Assembly (NCBI RefSeq): GCF_009914755.1
Contig: NC_060927.1
DNA from: the human T2T-CHM13v2.0 reference genome, Homo sapiens
Strand: one strand, 5' to 3'
DNA length: 64,000 nt
Both the position numbers and the translations under genes were made by a program. The number at the start of each line of letters is the position of its first letter. Position 1 is the first letter of the stretch. Below are positions 1 through 17,774 of this stretch, piece by piece. Below the pieces are notes generated by a model. It was given only the letters and a program-made list of their open reading frames with translations. It searched no databases and had not been told where the DNA came from.

Positions 1-3000
1 TCAAATATAGATTATATACTGTACATAATATATAAAAGAACCCCAAATATATATTATATACTCTACATGAAATATCAAAATACTCAAACTATATATTATA
101 TACTGTACATAAAATATCAAAGTACCCAAGGTATATATTCTATACTGTACAAAAAATATCAAAGTACCCAAAGCATGTATTATATACTGTACATAAAATA
201 TGAAAGTACATGAAATATATATTTTATTCTGTACATAAAATAACAAAGTACACCAGATATATATTTTATAGTGTACATAAAATATCAAAGTACCCAAACT
301 ATACATTACATACTGTACATAAAATATGAAAGAACATCAAATATATATTATATTAGGTACGTAAAATATGAAAGTACATCAAATATAGATTATATACCAT
401 ACATAAAATATAAAGGAACCCCAAATATATATGATATACTGTACATGAAATATCAAAGTTCACAAACTATATATTATATACTGTGGATAAAATATCAAAG
501 TACCCAAGGTATATATTCTATACTGTACAAAAAATATCAAAGTACCCAAAGCATGTATTATATACTGTACATAAAATATGAAAGTACATCAAATATATAT
601 TTTTTTCTGTACATAAAATAACAAAGTACACCAGACATATATTTTATAGTGTACATAAAATATGAAATTACCCAAAGTATACATTACATACTGTACATAA
701 AATATGGAATTACATCAAATATATATTATATTAGGTACGTAAAATATGAAAGTACATCAAATATAGATTATATACCATACATAAAATATAAAGGAACCCC
801 AAATATATATGATATACTGTACATGAAATATCAAAGTTCACAAACTATATATTATATACTGTAGATAAAATATCAAAGTACCCAAGGTATATATTCTATA
901 ATGTACAAAAAATATCAAAGTACCCAAAGCATGTATTATATACTGTACATAAAATATGAAAGTACATCAAATATATATTTTATTCTGTACATAAAATAAC
1001 AAAGTACACCAGATATATATTTTATAGTGTACATAAAATATCAAAGTACCCAAACTATACATTACATACTGTACATAAAATATGGAATTACATCAAACAT
1101 ATATTATATGAGGTACGTAAAATATGAAAGTACATCAAATATAGATTATATACCATACATAAAATATAAAGGAACCCCAAATATATATGATATACTCTAC
1201 ATGAAATATCAAAGTTCACAAACTATATATTATATACTGTAGATAAAATATCAAAGTACCCAAGGTATATATTCTATACTGTAAAAAAAATATCAAAGTA
1301 CCCAAAGCATGTATTATATACTGTACATAAAATATGAAAGCACATCAAATATATATTATATTAGGTACATAAAATATGAAAGTACATAAAATATAGATGA
1401 TATACGATACATAAAATATCAAAGTAGCCAAAATATATATTATACAATGTACATGAAATATCAAAATTTACACAATATATATTATATAATATACCTAAAA
1501 TATCAAAGTACCCAAAGCAAGTATTATATGCTGTACATAAAAGATGAAAGTACATCAAATATATATTTTATTCTGTACATAAAATATCAAAGTACACCAG
1601 ATATATATTTTATAGTGTACATAAAATATCAAGGTACCCAAACTATACATTATATACTGTACAAAAAATATGGAATTACATCAAATATATATTATATTAG
1701 GTACGTAAAATATGAAAGTACATCAAATATAGATTATATACCATACATAAAATATAAAGGAACCCCAAATATATATGATATACTGTACATGAAATATCAA
1801 AGTTCACAAACTGTATATTATATACTGTAGATAAAATATCAAAGTACCCAAGGTATATATTCTATACTGTAAAAAAATATCAAAGTACCCAAACATGTAT
1901 TATATACTGTACATAAAATAAGAAAGTACATCAAATATATATTTTATTCTGTACATAAAATAACAAAGTACACCAGATATATATTTTATAGTGTACATAA
2001 AATATGAAATTACCCAAACTATACATTACATACTGTACATAAAATATGGAATTACATCAAATATATATTATATTAGGTGCATAAAATATGAAAGTACATC
2101 AAATATAGATTATATACCATACATAAAATATAAAGGAACCCCAAATATATATGATATACTGTACATGAAATATCAAAGTTCACAAACTATATATTATATA
2201 CTGTAGATAAAATATCAAAGTACCCAAGGTATATATTCTATACTGTAAAAAAAATATCAAAGTACCCAAAGCATGTATTATATACTGTACATAAAATATG
2301 AAAGCACATCAAATATATATTATATTAGGTACATAAAATATGAAAGTACATAAAATATAGATGATATACTGTACATAAAATATCAAAGTAGCCCAAATAT
2401 ATATTATACAGTGTACATGAAATATCAAAATTTACAAAATATATATTATATAATGTACATAAAATATCAAAGTACCCAAAGCAAGTATTATATACTGTAC
2501 ATAAAAGATGAAAGTACATGAAATATATATTTTATTCTGTACATAAAATATCAAAGTACACCAGATATATATTTTATAGTGTACATAAAATATCAAGGTA
2601 CCCAAACTATACATTATATACTGGACATTAAATATGGAATTACATCAAATATATATTATATTAGGTACGTAAAATATGAAAGTACATCAAATATAGATTA
2701 TACACCATACATAAAATATAAAGGAACCCCAAATATAAACGATATACTGTACATGAAATATCAAACTTCACAAAATATATATTATACACTGTAGATAAAA
2801 TATCAAAGTACCCAAGGTATATATTCTATACTGTAAAAAAAATATCAAAGTACCCAAAGCATGTATTATATACTGTACATAAAATATGAAAGCACATCAA
2901 ATATATATTATATTAGGTACATAAAACATGAAAGTACATAAAATATAGATGATATACTGTACATAAAATATCAAAGTAGCCCAAATATATATTATACAGT

Positions 3001-6000
3001 TTACATGAAATATCAAAATTTACAAAATATATATTATATAATGTACATAAAATATCAAATACCCAAAGCAAGTATTATATACTGTACATAAGAGATGAAA
3101 GTACATCAAATATATATTTTATTCTGTACATAAAATATCAAAGTACACCAGATATATATTTTATAGTGTATATAAAATATCAAAGTACCCAAACTATACA
3201 TTACATACTGTACATAAAATATGAAAGAACATCAAATATATATTATATTAGGTACGTAAAATATGAAAGTACATCAAATATAGATTATATACAGTACATA
3301 ATATATAAAAGAACCCCAACTATATATTATATACTGTACATGAAATATCTAAATACACAAACTATATATTATACACTGTACATAAAATATCAAAGTACCC
3401 AAGGTATATATTCTATACTGTACAAAAAATATCAAAGTACCCAAAGCATGTATTATATACTGTACATAAAATATGAAAGTACACCAAATATATATTATAT
3501 TAGGTACGTAAAATATGAAAGTACATCAAATATAGATTATATACCATACATAAAATATAAAGCAACCCCAAATATATACGATATACTGTACATGAAATAT
3601 CAAAGTTCACAAACTATATATTATATACTGTAGATAAAATATCAAAGTACCCAAGGTATATATTCTATACTGTAAAAAAAAATCAAAGTACCCAAAGCAT
3701 GTATTATATACTGTACATAAAATATGAAAGTACATCAAATATATATTTTATTCTGCACATAAAATAACAAAGTACACCAGATATATATTTTATAGTGTAC
3801 ATAAAATATGAAATTACCCAAACTATACATTACATACTGTACATAAAATATGGAATTACATCAAATATATATTATATTAGGTACGTAAAATATGAAAGTA
3901 CATCAAATATAGATTATATACCATACATAAAATATAAAGGAACCCCAAATATATATGATATACTGTACATTAAATATCAAAGTTCACAAACTATATATTA
4001 TATACTGTAGATAAAATATCAAAGTACCCAAGGTATATATTCTATACTGTAAAAAAAATATCAAAGTACCCAAAGCATGTATTATATACTGTACATAAAA
4101 TATGAAAGCACATCAAATATATATTATATTAGGTACATAAAATATGAAAGTACATAAAATATAGATGATATACTGTACATAAAATATCAAAGTAGCCCAA
4201 ATATATATTATACAGTGTACATGAAATATCAAAATTTACAAAATATATATTATATAATGTACATAAAATATCAAAGTACCCAAAGCAAGTATTATATACT
4301 GTACATAAAAGATGAAAGTACATCAAATATGTATTTTATTCTGTACATAAAATATCAAAGTACACCAGATATATATTTTATAGTGTACATAAAATATCAA
4401 TGTACCCAAACTATACATTACATACTGTACATAAAATATGAAATTACATCAAATATATATTATATCAGGTACGTAAAATATGAAAGTACATCAAATATAG
4501 ATTATATACTGTACATAATATATAAAAGAACCCCAACTATATATTATATACTGTACATGAAATATCAAAATACACAAACAATATATTATATACTGTAGAT
4601 AAAATATCAAAGTACCCAAGGTATATATTCTATACTGTACAAAAAATATCAAAGTACCCAAAGCATGTATTATATACTGTACATAAAATATGAAAGTACA
4701 TCAAATATATATTTTATTCTGTACATAAAATAACAAAGTACACCAGATATATATTTTATAGTGTACATAAAATATGAAATTACCCAAACTATACATTACA
4801 TACTGTACATAAATTATGGAATTACATCAAATATATATTATATTAGGTACGTAAAATATGAAAGTACATCAAATATAGATTATATACCATACATAAAATA
4901 TAAAGGAACCCCAAATATATATGATATACTGTACATGAAATATCAAAGTTCACAAACTATATATTATATACTGTAGATAAAATATCAAAGTACCCAAGGT
5001 ATATATTCTATACTGTAAAAAAAATATCAAAGTACCCAAAGCATGTATTATATACTGTACATAAAATATGAAAGCACATCAAATATATATTATATTAGGT
5101 ACATAAAATATGAAAGTACATAAAATATAGATGATATATTGTCCATAAAATATCAAAGTAGCCCAAATATATATTATACAGTGTACAAGAAATATCAAAA
5201 TTTACAAAATATATATTATATAATGTACATAAAATATCAAAGTACCCAAAGCAAGTATTATATACTGTACATAAAAGATGAATGTACATGAAATATATAT
5301 TTTATTCTGTACATAAAATATCAAAGTACACCAGATATATATTTTATAGTGTACATAAAATATCAAGGAACCCAAACTATACATTATATACTGTACATAA
5401 AATATGGAATTACATCAAATATATATATTATTAGGTACGTAAAATATGAAAGTACATCAAATATAGATTATATACCATACATAAAATATAAAGGAACCCC
5501 AAATATATATGATATACTGTACATGAAATATCAAAGTTCACAAACTATATGTTATATACTGTAGATAAAATGTCAAAGTACCCAAGGTATATATTCTATA
5601 CTGTACAAAAAATATCAAAGTACCCAAAGCATGTATTATATACTGTACATAAAATATGAAAGTACATCAAATATATATTTTATTCTGTACATAAAATAAC
5701 AAAGTACACCAGATATATATTTTATAGTGTACATAAAATATCAAAGCACCCAAACTATACATTACATACTGTACATAAAATATGGAATTACATCAAATAT
5801 ATATTATATTAGGTACGTAAAATATGAAAGTACATCAAATATAGATTATATACCATACATAAAATATAAAGTAACCCCAAATATATATGATATACGGTAC
5901 ATGAAATATCAAAGTTCACAAACTATATATTATATACTGTAGATAAAATATCAAAGTACCCAAGGTATATATTCTATACTGTAAAAAAAATATCAAAGTA

Positions 6001-6984
6001 CCCAAAGCATGTATTATATACTGTACATAAAATATGAAAGTACATCAAATATATATTTTATTCTGTACATATAATAACAAAGTACACCAGATATATATTT
6101 TATAGTGTACATAAAATATGAAATTACCCAAACTATACATTACATACTGTACATAAAATATGGAATTCCATCAAATATATATTATATTAGGTACGTAAAA
6201 TATGAAAGTACATCAGATATAGATTATATACCATACATAAAATATAAAGTAACCCCAAATATATATGATATACTGTACATGAAATATCAAAGTTCACAAA
6301 CTATATATTATATACTGTAGATAAAATATCAAAGATCCCAAGGTATATATACTATACTGTAAAAAAAATATCAAATTACCCAAAGCATGTATTATATACT
6401 GTACATAAAATATGAAAGCACACCAAATATATATTATAGTAGGTACATAAAATATGAAAGTACATAAAATATAGATGATATACTGTACATAAAATATCAA
6501 AGTAGCCCAAATATACATTATACAGTGTACATGAAATATCAAAATTTACAAAATATATATTATATAATGTACATAAAATATCAAAGTACCCAAAGCAAGT
6601 ATTATATACTGTACATAAAAGATGAAAGTACATAAAATATATATTTTATTCTGTACATAAAATATCAAAGTACACCAGATATATATTTTATAGTGTACAT
6701 AAAATATCAAGGAACCCAAACTATACATTATATACTGTACATAAAATATGGAATTACATCAAATATATATAATATTATGTACGTAAAATATGAAAGTACA
6801 TCAAATATAGATTATATACCATACATAAAATATAAAGGAACCCCAAATATATATGATATACTGTACATGAAATATCAAAGTTCACAAACTATATATTATA
6901 TACTGTAGATAAAATATCAAAGTACTCAAGGTATATATTCTATACTGTAAAAAAAATATGAAAGTACCCAAAGCATGTATTATA

Positions 6985-9900
6985 TACTGTACATAAAATA
7001 TGAAAGTACATCAAATATATATTTTATTCTGTACATAAAATAACAAAGTACACCAGATATATATTTTATAGTGTACATAAAATATGAAATTACCCAAACT
7101 ATACATTACATACTGTACATAAAATATGGAATTACATCAAATATATATTATATTAGGTACGTAAAATATGAAAGTACATCAAATATAGATTATATACCAT
7201 ACATAAAATTTAAAGGAACCCCAAATATATATGATATACTGTACATGAAATATCAAAGTTCACAAACTGTATATTATATACTGTAGATAAAATATCAAAG
7301 TACCCAAGGTATATATTCTATACTGTACAAAAAATATCAAAGTACCCAAAGCATGTATTATATACTGTACATAAAATATGAAAGTACATCAAATATATAT
7401 TTTATTCTGTACATAAAATAACAAAGTACACCAGACATATATTTTATAGTGTACATAAAATATCAAAGTACCCAAACTATACATTACATACTGTACATAA
7501 AATATGGAATTACATCAAATATATATTATATTAGGTACGTAAAATATGAAAGTACATCAAATATAGATTATATACCATACATAAAATATAAAGGAACCCC
7601 AAATATATATGATATACTGTACATGAAATATCAAAGTTCACAAACTATATATTATATACTGTAGATAAAATATCAAAGTACCCAAGGTATATATTCTATA
7701 CTGTAAAAAAAAATCAAAGTACCCAAAGCATGTATTATATACTGTACTTAAAATATGAAAGTACATCAAATATATATTTTATTCTGTACATAAAATAACA
7801 AAGTACACCAGATATATATTTTATAGTGTACATAAAATATGAAATTACCCAAACTATACATTAAATACTGTACATAAAATATGGAATTACATCAAATATA
7901 TATTATATTAGGTACGTAAAATATGAAAGTACATCAAATATAGATTAGATACCATACATAAAATATAAAGGAACCCCAAATATATATGATATACTGTACA
8001 TGAAATATCAAAGTTCACAAACTGTATATTATATACTGTAGATAAAATATCAAAGTACCCAAGGTATATATTCTATACTGTACAAAAAATATCAAAGTAC
8101 CCAAAGCATGTATTATATACTGTACATAAAATATGAAAGTACATCAAATATATATTTTATTCTGTACATAAAATAACAAAGTACACCAGATATATATTTT
8201 ATAGTGTACATAAAATATGAAATTACCCAAACTATACATTACATACTGTACATAAAATATGGAATTACATCAAATATATATTATATTAGGTACGTAAAAT
8301 ATGAAAGTACATCAAATATAGATTATATACCATACATAAAATATAAAGGAACCCAAAATATATATGATATTCTGTACATGAAATATCAAAGTTCACAAAC
8401 TATATATTATATACTGTAGATAAAATATCAAAGTACCCAAGGTATATATTCTATACTGTAAAAAAAATATCAAAGTACCCAAAGCATGTATTATATACTG
8501 TACATAAAATATGAAAGCACATCAAATATATATTATATTAGGTACATAAAATATGAAAGTACATAAAATATAGATGATATACTGTACATAAAATATCAAA
8601 GTAGCCCAAATATATATTATACAGTGTACATAAAATATCAAAATTTACAAAATATATATTATATAATGTACATAAAATATCAAAGTACCCAAAGCAAGTA
8701 TTATATACTGTACATAAAAGATGAAAGTACATCAAATATATATTTTATTCTGTACATAAAATATCAAAGTACACCAGATATATATTTTATAGTGTACATA
8801 AAATATCAAGGTACCCAAACTATACATTATATACTGTAGATAAAATATGGAATTACATCAAATATATATTATATTAGGTACGTAAAATATGTAAGTACAT
8901 CAAATATAGATTATATACCATACATAAAATATAAAGGAACCCCAAATATATATGATATACTGTACATGAAATATCAAAGTTCACAAACTATATATTATAT
9001 ACTGTAGATAAAATATCAAAGTACCCAAGGTATATATTCTATACTGTAAAAAAAATATCAAAGTACCCAAAGCATGTATTATATACTGTACATAAAATAT
9101 GAAAGCACATGAAATATATATTATATTAGGTACATAAAATATGAAAGTACATATAATATAGATGATATACTGTACATAAAATATCAAAGTAGCCCAAATA
9201 TATATTATACAGTGTACATGAAATATCAAAATTTACAAAATATATATTATATAATGTACATAAAATATCAAAGTACCCAAAGCAAGTATTATATACTGTA
9301 CATAAAAGATGAAAGTACATCAAATATATATTTTATTCTGTACATAAAATATCAAAGTACACCAGATATATATTTTATAGTGTACATAAAATATCAAGGT
9401 ACCCAAACTATACATTATATACTGTACATAAAATATGAAATTACATCAAATATATATTATATTAGGTACGTAAAATATGAAAGTACATCAAATATAGATT
9501 ATATACTGTACATAATATATAAAAGAACCCCAACTATATATTATATACTGTACATGAAATATCAAAATACACAAACTATATATTATATACTGTACATAAA
9601 ATATCAAAGTACCCAAGGTATATATTCTATACTGTACAAAAAATATCAAAGTACCCAAAGCATGTATTATATACTGTACATAAAATATGAAAGTACATCA
9701 AATATATATTATATTAGGTACATAAAATATGAAAGTACATCAAATATAGATTATGTACCATACATAAAATATAAAGGAACCCCAAATATATATGATATAC
9801 TGTACATGAAATATCAAAGTTCACAAACTATATATTATATACTGTAGATAAAATATCAAAGTACCCAAGGTATATATTCTATACTGTACAAAAAATATCA

Positions 9901-12900
9901 AAGTACCCAAAGCATGTATTATATACTGTACATAAAATATGAAAGTACATCAAATATATATTTTATTCTGTACATAAAATAACAAAGTACACCAGATATA
10001 TATTTTATAGTGTACATAAAATATCAAAGTACCCAAACTATACATTACATACTGTACATAAAATATGGAATTACATCAAATATATATTATATTAGGTACG
10101 TAAAATATGAAAGTACATCAAATATAGATTATATACCATACATAAAATATAAAGGAACCCCAAATATATATGATATACTGTACATGAAATATCAAAGTTC
10201 ACAAACTATATATTATATACTGTAGATAAAATATCAAAGTACCCAAGGTATATATTCTATACTGTACAAAAAATATCAAAGTACCCAAAGCATGTATTAT
10301 ATACTGTACATAAAATATGAAAGTACATCAAATATATATTTTATTCTGTACATAAAATAACAAAGTACACCAGATATATATTTTATAGTGTACATAAAAT
10401 ATGAAATTACCCAAACTATACATTACATACTGTACATAAAATATGGAATTACATCAAATATATATTATATTAGGTACGTAAAATATGAAAGTACATCAAA
10501 TATAGATTAGATACCATACATAAAATTTAAAGGAACCCCAAATATATATGATATACTGTACATGAAATATCAAAGTTCACAAACTATATATTATATACTG
10601 TAGATAAAATATCAAAGTACCCAAGGTATATATTCTATACTGTAAAAAAAATATCAAAGTACCCAAAGCATGTATTATATACTGTACATAAAATATGAAA
10701 GCACATCAAATATATATTATATTAGGTACATAAAATATGAAAGTACATAAAATATAGATGATATACTGTACATAAAATATCAAAGTAGCCCAAATATATA
10801 TTATACAGTGTACATAAAATATCAAAATTTACAAAATATATATTATATAATGTACATAAAATATCAAAGTACCCAAAGCAAGTATTATATACTGTACATA
10901 AAAGATGAAAGTACATCAAATATATATTTTATTCTGTACATAAAATATCAAAGTACACCAGATATATATTTTATAGTGTACATAAAATATCAAGGTACCC
11001 AAACTATACATTATATACTGTAGATAAAATATGGAATTACATCAAATATATATTATATTAGGTACGTAAAATATGTAAGTACATCAAATATAGATTATAT
11101 ACCATACATAAAATATAAAGGAACCCCAAATATATATGATATACTGTACATGAAATATCAAAGTTCACAAACTATATATTATATACTGTAGATAAAATAT
11201 CAAAGTACCCAAGGTATATATTCTATACTGTAAAAAAAATATCAAAGTACCCAAAGCATGTATTATATACTGTACATAAAATATGAAAGCACATCAAATA
11301 TATATTATATTAGGTACATAAAATATGAAAGTACATAAAATATAGATGATATACTGTACATAAAATATCAAAGTAGCCCAAAAATATATTATACAGTGTA
11401 CATGAAATATCAAAATTTACAAAATATATATTATATAATGTACATAAAATATCAAAGTACCCAAAGCAAGTATTATATACTGTACATAAAAGATGAAAGT
11501 ACATGAAATATATATTTTATTCTGTACATAAAATATCAAAGTACACCAGATATATATTTTATAGTGTACATAAAATATCAAGGTACCCAAACTATACATT
11601 ATATACTGTACATAAAATATGAAATTACATCAAATATATATTATATTAGGTACGTAAAATATGAAAGTACATCAAATATAGATTATATACTGTACATAAT
11701 ATATAAAAGAACCCCAACTATATATTATATACTGTACATGAAATATCAAAATACACAAACTATATATTATATACTGTACATAAAATATCAAAGTACCCAA
11801 GGTATATATTCTATACTGTACAAAAAATATCAAAGTACCCAAAGCATGTATTATATACTGTACATAAAATATGAAAGTACATCAAATATATATTATATTA
11901 GGTACGTAAAATATGAAAGTACATGAAATATAGATTATGTACCATACATAAAATATAAAGGAACCCCAAATATATATGATATACTGTACATGAAATATCA
12001 AAGTTCACAAACTATATATTATATACTGTAGATAAAATATCAAAGTACCCAAGGTATATATTCTATACTGTAAAAAAAATATCAAAGTACCCAAAGCATG
12101 TATTATATACTGTACATAAAATATGAAAGTACATCAAATATATATTTTATACTGTACATAAAATAACAAAGTACACCAGATATATATTTTATAGTGTACA
12201 TAAAATATGAAATTACCCAAACTATACATTATATACTGTACATAAAATATGGAATTACATCAAATATATATTATATTTAGGTACGTAAAATATGAAAGTA
12301 CATCAAATATAGATTATATACCATACATTAAATATAAAGGAACCCCAAATATATATGATATACTGTACATGAAATATCAAAATACACAAACTATATATTA
12401 TATACTGTACATAAAATATCAAAGTACCCAAGGTATATATTCTATACTGTACAAAAAATACCAAAGTACCCAAAGTATGTATTATATACTGTACATAAAA
12501 TATGAAAGTACATCAAATATATATTTTATTCTGTACATAAAATAACAAAGTACACCAGATATATATTTTATAGTGTACATAAAATATCAAAGTACCCAAA
12601 CTATACATTACATACTGTACATAAAATATGGAATTACATCAAATATATATTATATTAGGTACGTAAAATATGAAAGTACATCAAATATAGATTATATACC
12701 ATACATAAAATATAAAGGAACCCCAAATATATATGATATACTGTACATGAAATATCAAAGTTCACAAACTATATATTATATACTGTAGATAAAATATCAA
12801 AGTACCCAAGGTATATATTCTATACTGTAAAAAAAATATCAAAGTACCCAAAGGATTTATTATATACTGTACATAAAATATGAAAGTACATCAAATATAT

Positions 12901-15900
12901 ATTTTATTCTGTACATAAAATAACAAAGTACACCAGATATATATTTTATAGTGTACATAAAATATGAAATTACCCAAACTATACATTACATACTGTACAT
13001 AAAATATGGAATTACATCAAATATATATTATATTAGGTACGTAAAATATGAAAGTACATCAAATATAGATTATATACCATTCATAAAATTTAAAGGAACC
13101 CCAAATATATATGATATACTGTACATGAAATATCAAAGTTCACAAACTGTATATTATATACTGTAGATAAAATATCAAAGTACCCAAGGTATATATTCTA
13201 TACTGTACAAAAAATATCAAAGTACCCAAAGCATGTATTATATACTGTACATAAAATATGAAAGTACATCAGATATATATTTTATTCTGTACATAAAATA
13301 ACAAAGTACACCAGACATATATTTTATAGTGTACATAAAATATCAAAGTACCCAAACTATACATTACATACTGTACATAAAATATGGAATTACATCAAAT
13401 ATATATTATATTAGGTACGTAAAATATGAAAGTACATCAAATATAGATTATATACCATACATAAAATATAAAGGAACCCCAAATATATATGATATACTGT
13501 ACATGAAATATCAAAGTTCACAAACTATATATTATATACTGTAGATAAAATATCAAAGTACCCAAGGTATATATTCTATACTGTAAAAAAAAATCAAAGT
13601 ACCCAAAGCATGTATTATATACTGTACTTAAAATATGAAAGTACATCAAATATATATTTTATTCTGTACATAAAATAACAAAGTACACCAGATATATATT
13701 TTATAGTGTACATAAAATATGAAATTACCCAAACTATACATTAAATACTGTACATAAAATATGGAATTACATCAAATATATATTATATTAGTTACGTAAA
13801 ATATGAAAGTACATCAAATATAGATTAGATACCATACATAAAATATAAAGGAACCCCAAATATATATGATATACTGTACATGAAATATCAAAGTTCACAA
13901 ACTGTATATTATATACTGTAGATAAAATATCAAAGTACCCAAGGTATATATTCTATACTGTACAAAAAATATCAAAGTACCCAAAGCATGTATTATATAC
14001 TGTACATAAAATATGAAAGTACATCAAATATATATTTTATTGTGTACATAAAATAACAAAGTACACCAGATATATATTTTATAGTGTACATAAAATATGA
14101 AATTACCCAAACTATACATTACATACTGTACATAAAATATGGAATTACATCAAATATATATTATATTAGGTACGTAAAATATGAAAGTACATCAAATATA
14201 GATTATATACCATACATAAAATATAAAGGAACCCAAAATATATATGATATTCTGTACATGAAATATCAAAGTTCACAAACTATATATTATATACTGTAGA
14301 TAAAATATCAAAGTACCCAAGGTATATATTCTATACTGTAAAAAAAATATCAAAGTACCCAAAGCATGTATTATATACTGTACATAAAATATGAAAGCAC
14401 ATCAAATATATATTATATTAGGTACATAAAATATGAAAGTACATAAAATATAGATGATATACTGTACATAAAATATCAAAGTAGCCCAAATATATATTAT
14501 ACAGTGTACATAAAATATCAAAATTTACAAAATATATATTATATAATGTACATAAAATATCAAAGTACCCAAAGCAAGTATTATATACTGTACATAAAAG
14601 ATGAAAGTACATCAAATATATATTTTATTCTGTACATAAAATATCAAAGTACACCAGATATATATTTTATAGTGTACATAAAATATCAAGGTACCCAAAC
14701 TATACATTATATACTGTAGATAAAATATGGAATTACATCAAATATATATTATATTAGGTACGTAAAATATGTAAGTACATCAAATATAGATTATATACCA
14801 TACATAAAATATAAAGGAACCCCAAATATATATGATATACTGTACATGAAATATCAAAGTTCACAAACTATATATTATATACTGTAGATAAAATATCAAA
14901 GTACCCAAGGTATATATTCTATACTGTAAAAAAAATATCAAAGTACCCAAAGCATGTATTATATACTGTACATAAAATATGAAAGCACATGAAATATATA
15001 TTATATTAGGTACATAAAATATGAAAGTACATATAATATAGATGATATACTGTACATAAAATATCAAAGTAGCCCAAATATATATTATACAGTGTACATG
15101 AAATATCAAAATTTACAAAATATATATTATATAATGTACATAAAATATCAAAGTACCCAAAGCAAGTATTATATACTGTACATAAAAGATGAAAGTACAT
15201 CAAATATATATTTTATTCTGTACATAAAATATCAAAGTACACCAGATATATATTTTATAGTGTACATAAAATATCAAGGTACCCAAACTATACATTATAT
15301 ACTGTACATAAAATATGAAATTACATCAAATATATATTATATTAGGTACGTAAAATATGAAAGTACATCAAATATAGATTATATACTGTACATAATATAT
15401 AAAAGAACCCCAACTATATATTATATACTGTACATGAAATATCAAAATACACAAACTATATATTATATACTGTACATAAAATATCAAAGTACCCAAGGTA
15501 TATATTCTATACTGTACAAAAAATATCAAAGTACCCAAAGCATGTATTATATACTGTACATAAAATATGAAAGTACATCAAATATATATTATATTAGGTA
15601 CATAAAATATGAAAGTACATCAAATATAGATTATGTACCATACATAAAATATAAAGGAACCCCAAATATATATGATATACTGTACATGAAATATCAAAGT
15701 TCACAAACTATATATTATATACTGTAGATAAAATATCAAAGTACCCAAGGTATATATTCTATACTGTACAAAAAATATCAAAGTACCCAAAGCATGTATT
15801 ATATACTGTACATAAAATATGAAAGTACATCAAATATATATTTTATTCTGTACATAAAATAACAAAGTACACCAGATATATATTTTATAGTGTACATAAA

Positions 15901-17774
15901 ATATCAAAGTACCCAAACTATACATTACATACTGTACATAAAATATGGAATTACATCAAATATATATTATATTAGGTACGTAAAATATGAAAGTACATCA
16001 AATATAGATTATATACCATACATAAAATATAAAGGAACCCCAAATATATATGATATACTGTACATGAAATATCAAAGTTCACAAACTATATATTATATAC
16101 TGTAGATAAAATATCAAAGTACCCAAGGTATATATTCTATACTGTACAAAAAATATCAAAGTACCCAAAGCATGTATTATATACTGTACATAAAATATGA
16201 AAGTACATCAAATATATATTTTATTCTGTACATAAAATAACAAAGTACACCAGATATATATTTTATAGTGTACATAAAATATGAAATTACCCAAACTATA
16301 CATTACATACTGTACATAAAATATGGAATTACATCAAATATATATTATATTAGGTACGTAAAATATGAAAGTACATCAAATATAGATTAGATACCATACA
16401 TAAAATTTAAAGGAACCCCAAATATATATGATATACTGTACATGAAATATCAAAGTTCACAAACTATATATTATATACTGTAGATAAAATATCAAAGTAC
16501 CCAAGGTATATATTCTATACTGTAAAAAAAATATCAAAGTACCCAAAGCATGTATTATATACTGTACATAAAATATGAAAGCACATCAAATATATATTAT
16601 ATTAGGTACATAAAATATGAAAGTACATAAAATATAGATGATATACTGTACATAAAATATCAAAGTAGCCCAAATATATATTATACAGTGTACATAAAAT
16701 ATCAAAATTTACAAAATATATATTATATAATGTACATAAAATATCAAAGTACCCAAAGCAAGTATTATATACTGTACATAAAAGATGAAAGTACATCAAA
16801 TATATATTTTATTCTGTACATAAAATATCAAAGTACACCAGATATATATTTTATAGTGTACATAAAATATCAAGGTACCCAAACTATACATTATATACTG
16901 TAGATAAAATATGGAATTACATCAAATATATATTATATTAGGTACGTAAAATATGTAAGTACATCAAATATAGATTATATACCATACATAAAATATAAAG
17001 GAACCCCAAATATATATGATATACTGTACATGAAATATCAAAGTTCACAAACTATATATTATATACTGTAGATAAAATATCAAAGTACCCAAGGTATATA
17101 TTCTATACTGTAAAAAAAATATCAAAGTACCCAAAGCATGTATTATATACTGTACATAAAATATGAAAGCACATCAAATATATATTATATTAGGTACATA
17201 AAATATGAAAGTACATAAAATATAGATGATATACTGTACATAAAATATCAAAGTAGCCCAAATATATATTATACAGTGTACATGAAATATCAAAATTTAC
17301 AAAATATATATTATATAATGTACATAAAATATCAAAGTACCCAAAGCAAGTATTATATACTGTACATAAAAGATGAAAGTACATGAAATATATATTTTAT
17401 TCTGTACATAAAATATCAAAGTACACCAGATATATATTTTATAGTGTACATAAAATATCAAGGTACCCAAACTATACATTATATACTTTACATAAAATAT
17501 GAAATTACATCAAATATATATTATATTAGGTACGTAAAATATGAAAGTACATCAAATATAGATTATATACTGTACATAATATATAAAAGAACCCCAACTA
17601 TATATTATATACTGTACATGAAATATCAAAATACACAAACTATATATTATATACTGTACATAAAATATCAAAGTACCCAAGGTATATATTCTATACTGTA
17701 CAAAAAATATCAAAGTACCCAAAGCATGTATTATATACTGTACATAAAATATGAAAGTACATCAAATATATATT
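6985..17774 (+). repeat. Direct duplication of a ~4.9-kb block at an offset of 5,880 bp (140 monomers): ~6985-11894 and ~12865-17774
   Basis: Matching ORF pairs 7071/12951, 7449/13329, 8204/14084, 9212/15092, 10010/15890 and 11564/17444 are all 5880 apart. Private variants are shared (ctgtacttaaaa, attaaatactg, acccaaaata...tattctg, ttatgtacca). About 6 substitutions were seen between the copies. Confidence 0.9.
8204..11894 (+). repeat. 2,184-bp (52-monomer) super-repeat, 14+14+15+9 monomers
   Basis: ORF pairs 8538/10722, 8624/10808 and 9126/11310 are 2184 apart; 588+588+630+378 = 2184. The same arrangement recurs at +5880. Confidence 0.8.

Noticed and set aside
1860-13600. A-run length variants (ctgtaaaaaaa...) as poly(A) remnants of retrotransposition
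   Set aside because: They come from a c-to-a change in tgtacaaaaaa plus 1-bp slippage. There are no target-site duplications or inserted sequence, and some could be sequencing errors.
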